Shown: one piece after another, positions 62,783 to 64,000 of the stretch
Numbering within the stretch: position 1 is the first letter of the stretch
Layout of the letters: each line of letters begins with the position of its first letter
Assembly (NCBI GenBank): GCA_030066625.1
Contig: JASJBG010000005.1
Span: 10,731 to 74,730, forward strand
DNA length: 64,000 nucleotides
Direction: 5' to 3'
DNA from: Woeseiaceae bacterium
Lineage (GTDB): Bacteria; Pseudomonadota; Gammaproteobacteria; Steroidobacterales; Woeseiaceae
Position numbers and translations under genes: made by a program
The notes under the pieces: model-generated
Databases searched by the model: none
Seen by the model: the letters and a program-made list of their open reading frames with translations, nothing else
What the model was told of the DNA's origin: nothing

Positions 62783-64000
62783 TTGAATCAAATTGGCATC
62801 GATGCCCATGGCGTCGCGGTCCTGTTACTCACGGTCGTGGCGTTGTTCCTGTTTACCCGCGACCGAATCCCGCTGGAGTCGTCGTCGCTGGCGATTCTCA
62901 TTTTGCTTGTTGCCGGCTTCACGCTGTTTCCCTACGAACGCGATGGCGAAGTCCTGCTGGGTGCCGTCGACTTTTTTGCGGGCTTCGGCAACGAGGCACT
63001 GGTCGCGATCTGCGCACTGATGATGGTGGGCAAGGCGCTCGAGACCACGGGTGCTCTGCAACCCTTGGCAAACGTCGTCAGCAAGGCCTGGGCCACACGC
63101 CCGGTGCTTGCGCTGCTGACGACGCTGATTGCCGGTGCCATCCTGAGCGCCTTCATGAACAACACGCCTATCGTCGTGCTGCTCATGCCCATCCTCGTTG
63201 GTGCGTCGCTGCGCGCCAAGTTCCCGGTGTCCGAGGTTATGCTGCCGATGGGCCTCGCGACGATCATCGGCGGCATGTCGACGACGATCGGTACCTCAAC
63301 GAACCTGCTGGTCGTCGGTATATCGCAGGACCTGGGCTTGCACCGGTTTACGATGTTCGAGTTCGTGCTGCCGGTTGCCATTGTGGGGGGCGTTGGAATC
63401 CTGTTCCTGTGGCTCGTCGCGCCACGGCTGTTGCCCGACCGCACGCCGCCGATGGCGGATACAACGCCGCGTATCTTCAGCGGCCAGCTGACGATCAAGG
63501 AGGGCGGCTTCTCGGACGGCAAGCAGCTTTCCGAGGTGCTCGCGAAGGCGGACGGCAACATGCGCGTCGACAAGATCCAGCGCACCGAGTCGCTGTTCCT
63601 CGCCAAGCTGCCGTCGGTGAAGCTGCAGCCCGGTGACCGCCTGTTCGTCAAGGACTCGCCCGAGAATCTCAAGCACTACGAGCAGCTGATCGGCGCGACG
63701 CTCTACAATATTTCCGACAGCGAGCATCCGGTCGACGAGTCGACGCCGCTGAAGGCCGAGGGCCAGCAGCTCGCGGAGGTCGTCGTGACCCGCGGCTCAC
63801 CGCTGCATTTGCGCAGCCTCGCTGCCGCGCGCTTCAGCGCCAGCTACGGCCTGCTGCCGCTGGCCCTGCATCGCGCCCGCGCACCGAGCTCACAGGTGAC
63901 CGGGGACCTGAACCTGATCCGGCTGCGCGCCGGTGACGTTCTGCTGGTACAGGGCTCCGGCGAGGCGATCAGCAATCTCAAGGACTCGGGCACGATGCTG
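62783..64000 (+). CDS. SLC13/DASS-family permease with central TrkA-C domains (partial, runs off window end)
   Basis: Not in the track (no stop, TTG start). AAGGGGAGAGGGGA Shine-Dalgarno upstream. Translation reads LNQIGIDAHGVAVLLLTVVALFLF...SAFMNNTPIVVLLMPI...GGMSTTIGTSTNLLV..., then the TrkA-C-like block ...LRAGDVLLVQGSGEAI. Confidence 0.8.
   Translation, partial: MNQIGIDAHGVAVLLLTVVALFLFTRDRIPLESSSLAILILLVAGFTLFPYERDGEVLLGAVDFFAGFGNEALVAICALMMVGKALETTGALQPLANVVSKAWATRPVLALLTTLIAGAILSAFMNNTPIVVLLMPILVGASLRAKFPVSEVMLPMGLATIIGGMSTTIGTSTNLLVVGISQDLGLHRFTMFEFVLPVAIVGGVGILFLWLVAPRLLPDRTPPMADTTPRIFSGQLTIKEGGFSDGKQLSEVLAKADGNMRVDKIQRTESLFLAKLPSVKLQPGDRLFVKDSPENLKHYEQLIGATLYNISDSEHPVDESTPLKAEGQQLAEVVVTRGSPLHLRSLAAARFSASYGLLPLALHRARAPSSQVTGDLNLIRLRAGDVLLVQGSGEAISNLKDSGTML

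Overview
High-GC (about 63-65% by eye) chromosomal segment, most likely from a marine or sediment gammaproteobacterium. It is densely coded, and many long antisense 'shadow' ORFs in the track are artefacts of the GC content. I saw no rRNA, tRNA, CRISPR array, transposase or integrase.

Gene order:
- mrcA (partial), divergent from pilMNOPQ-aroK-aroB-dgt-like-pyrF-hemE.
- A compact NAD-linked group-3d-type [NiFe] hydrogenase cluster (hoxF, fused hoxU-hoxY, hoxH, hoxW).
- tesA-fadD plus two small genes, divergent from ybbA-ybbP.
- Nudix, phospholipase D, MscS, a DUF4136 lipoprotein and an OprO/P-type porin with an unusual N-terminal domain.
- A secreted-hydrolase operon (S9 peptidase, M1 aminopeptidase, cytochrome-c/PQQ dehydrogenase, M24 peptidase).
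- An AraC-centred divergent locus with two amidohydrolases, a metallophosphoesterase, an Omp85-like barrel and two OprB porins.
- A hydroxyacid dehydrogenase.
- A 4x repeat lipoprotein divergent from an ECF sigma / anti-sigma / S8 subtilase operon.
- GAF-GGDEF, ycgN, an iodotyrosine-deiodinase-like nitroreductase, a cupin, a class V aminotransferase, a tandem Usp, ppc, two unknowns and a partial SLC13 permease.

Most interesting observations:
- The ECF module, whose anti-sigma sensor domain resembles a subtilisin propeptide.
- Twin divergent promoter-like motifs tying the repeat lipoprotein to that module.
- A 96-nt x2 tandem repeat after ppc that re-encodes the invariant QNTG-stop terminus.
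- The HoxU-HoxY fusion.
- A porin carrying a barrel-less amidohydrolase sandwich domain.
- A probable frameshift at the M1 peptidase C-terminus.
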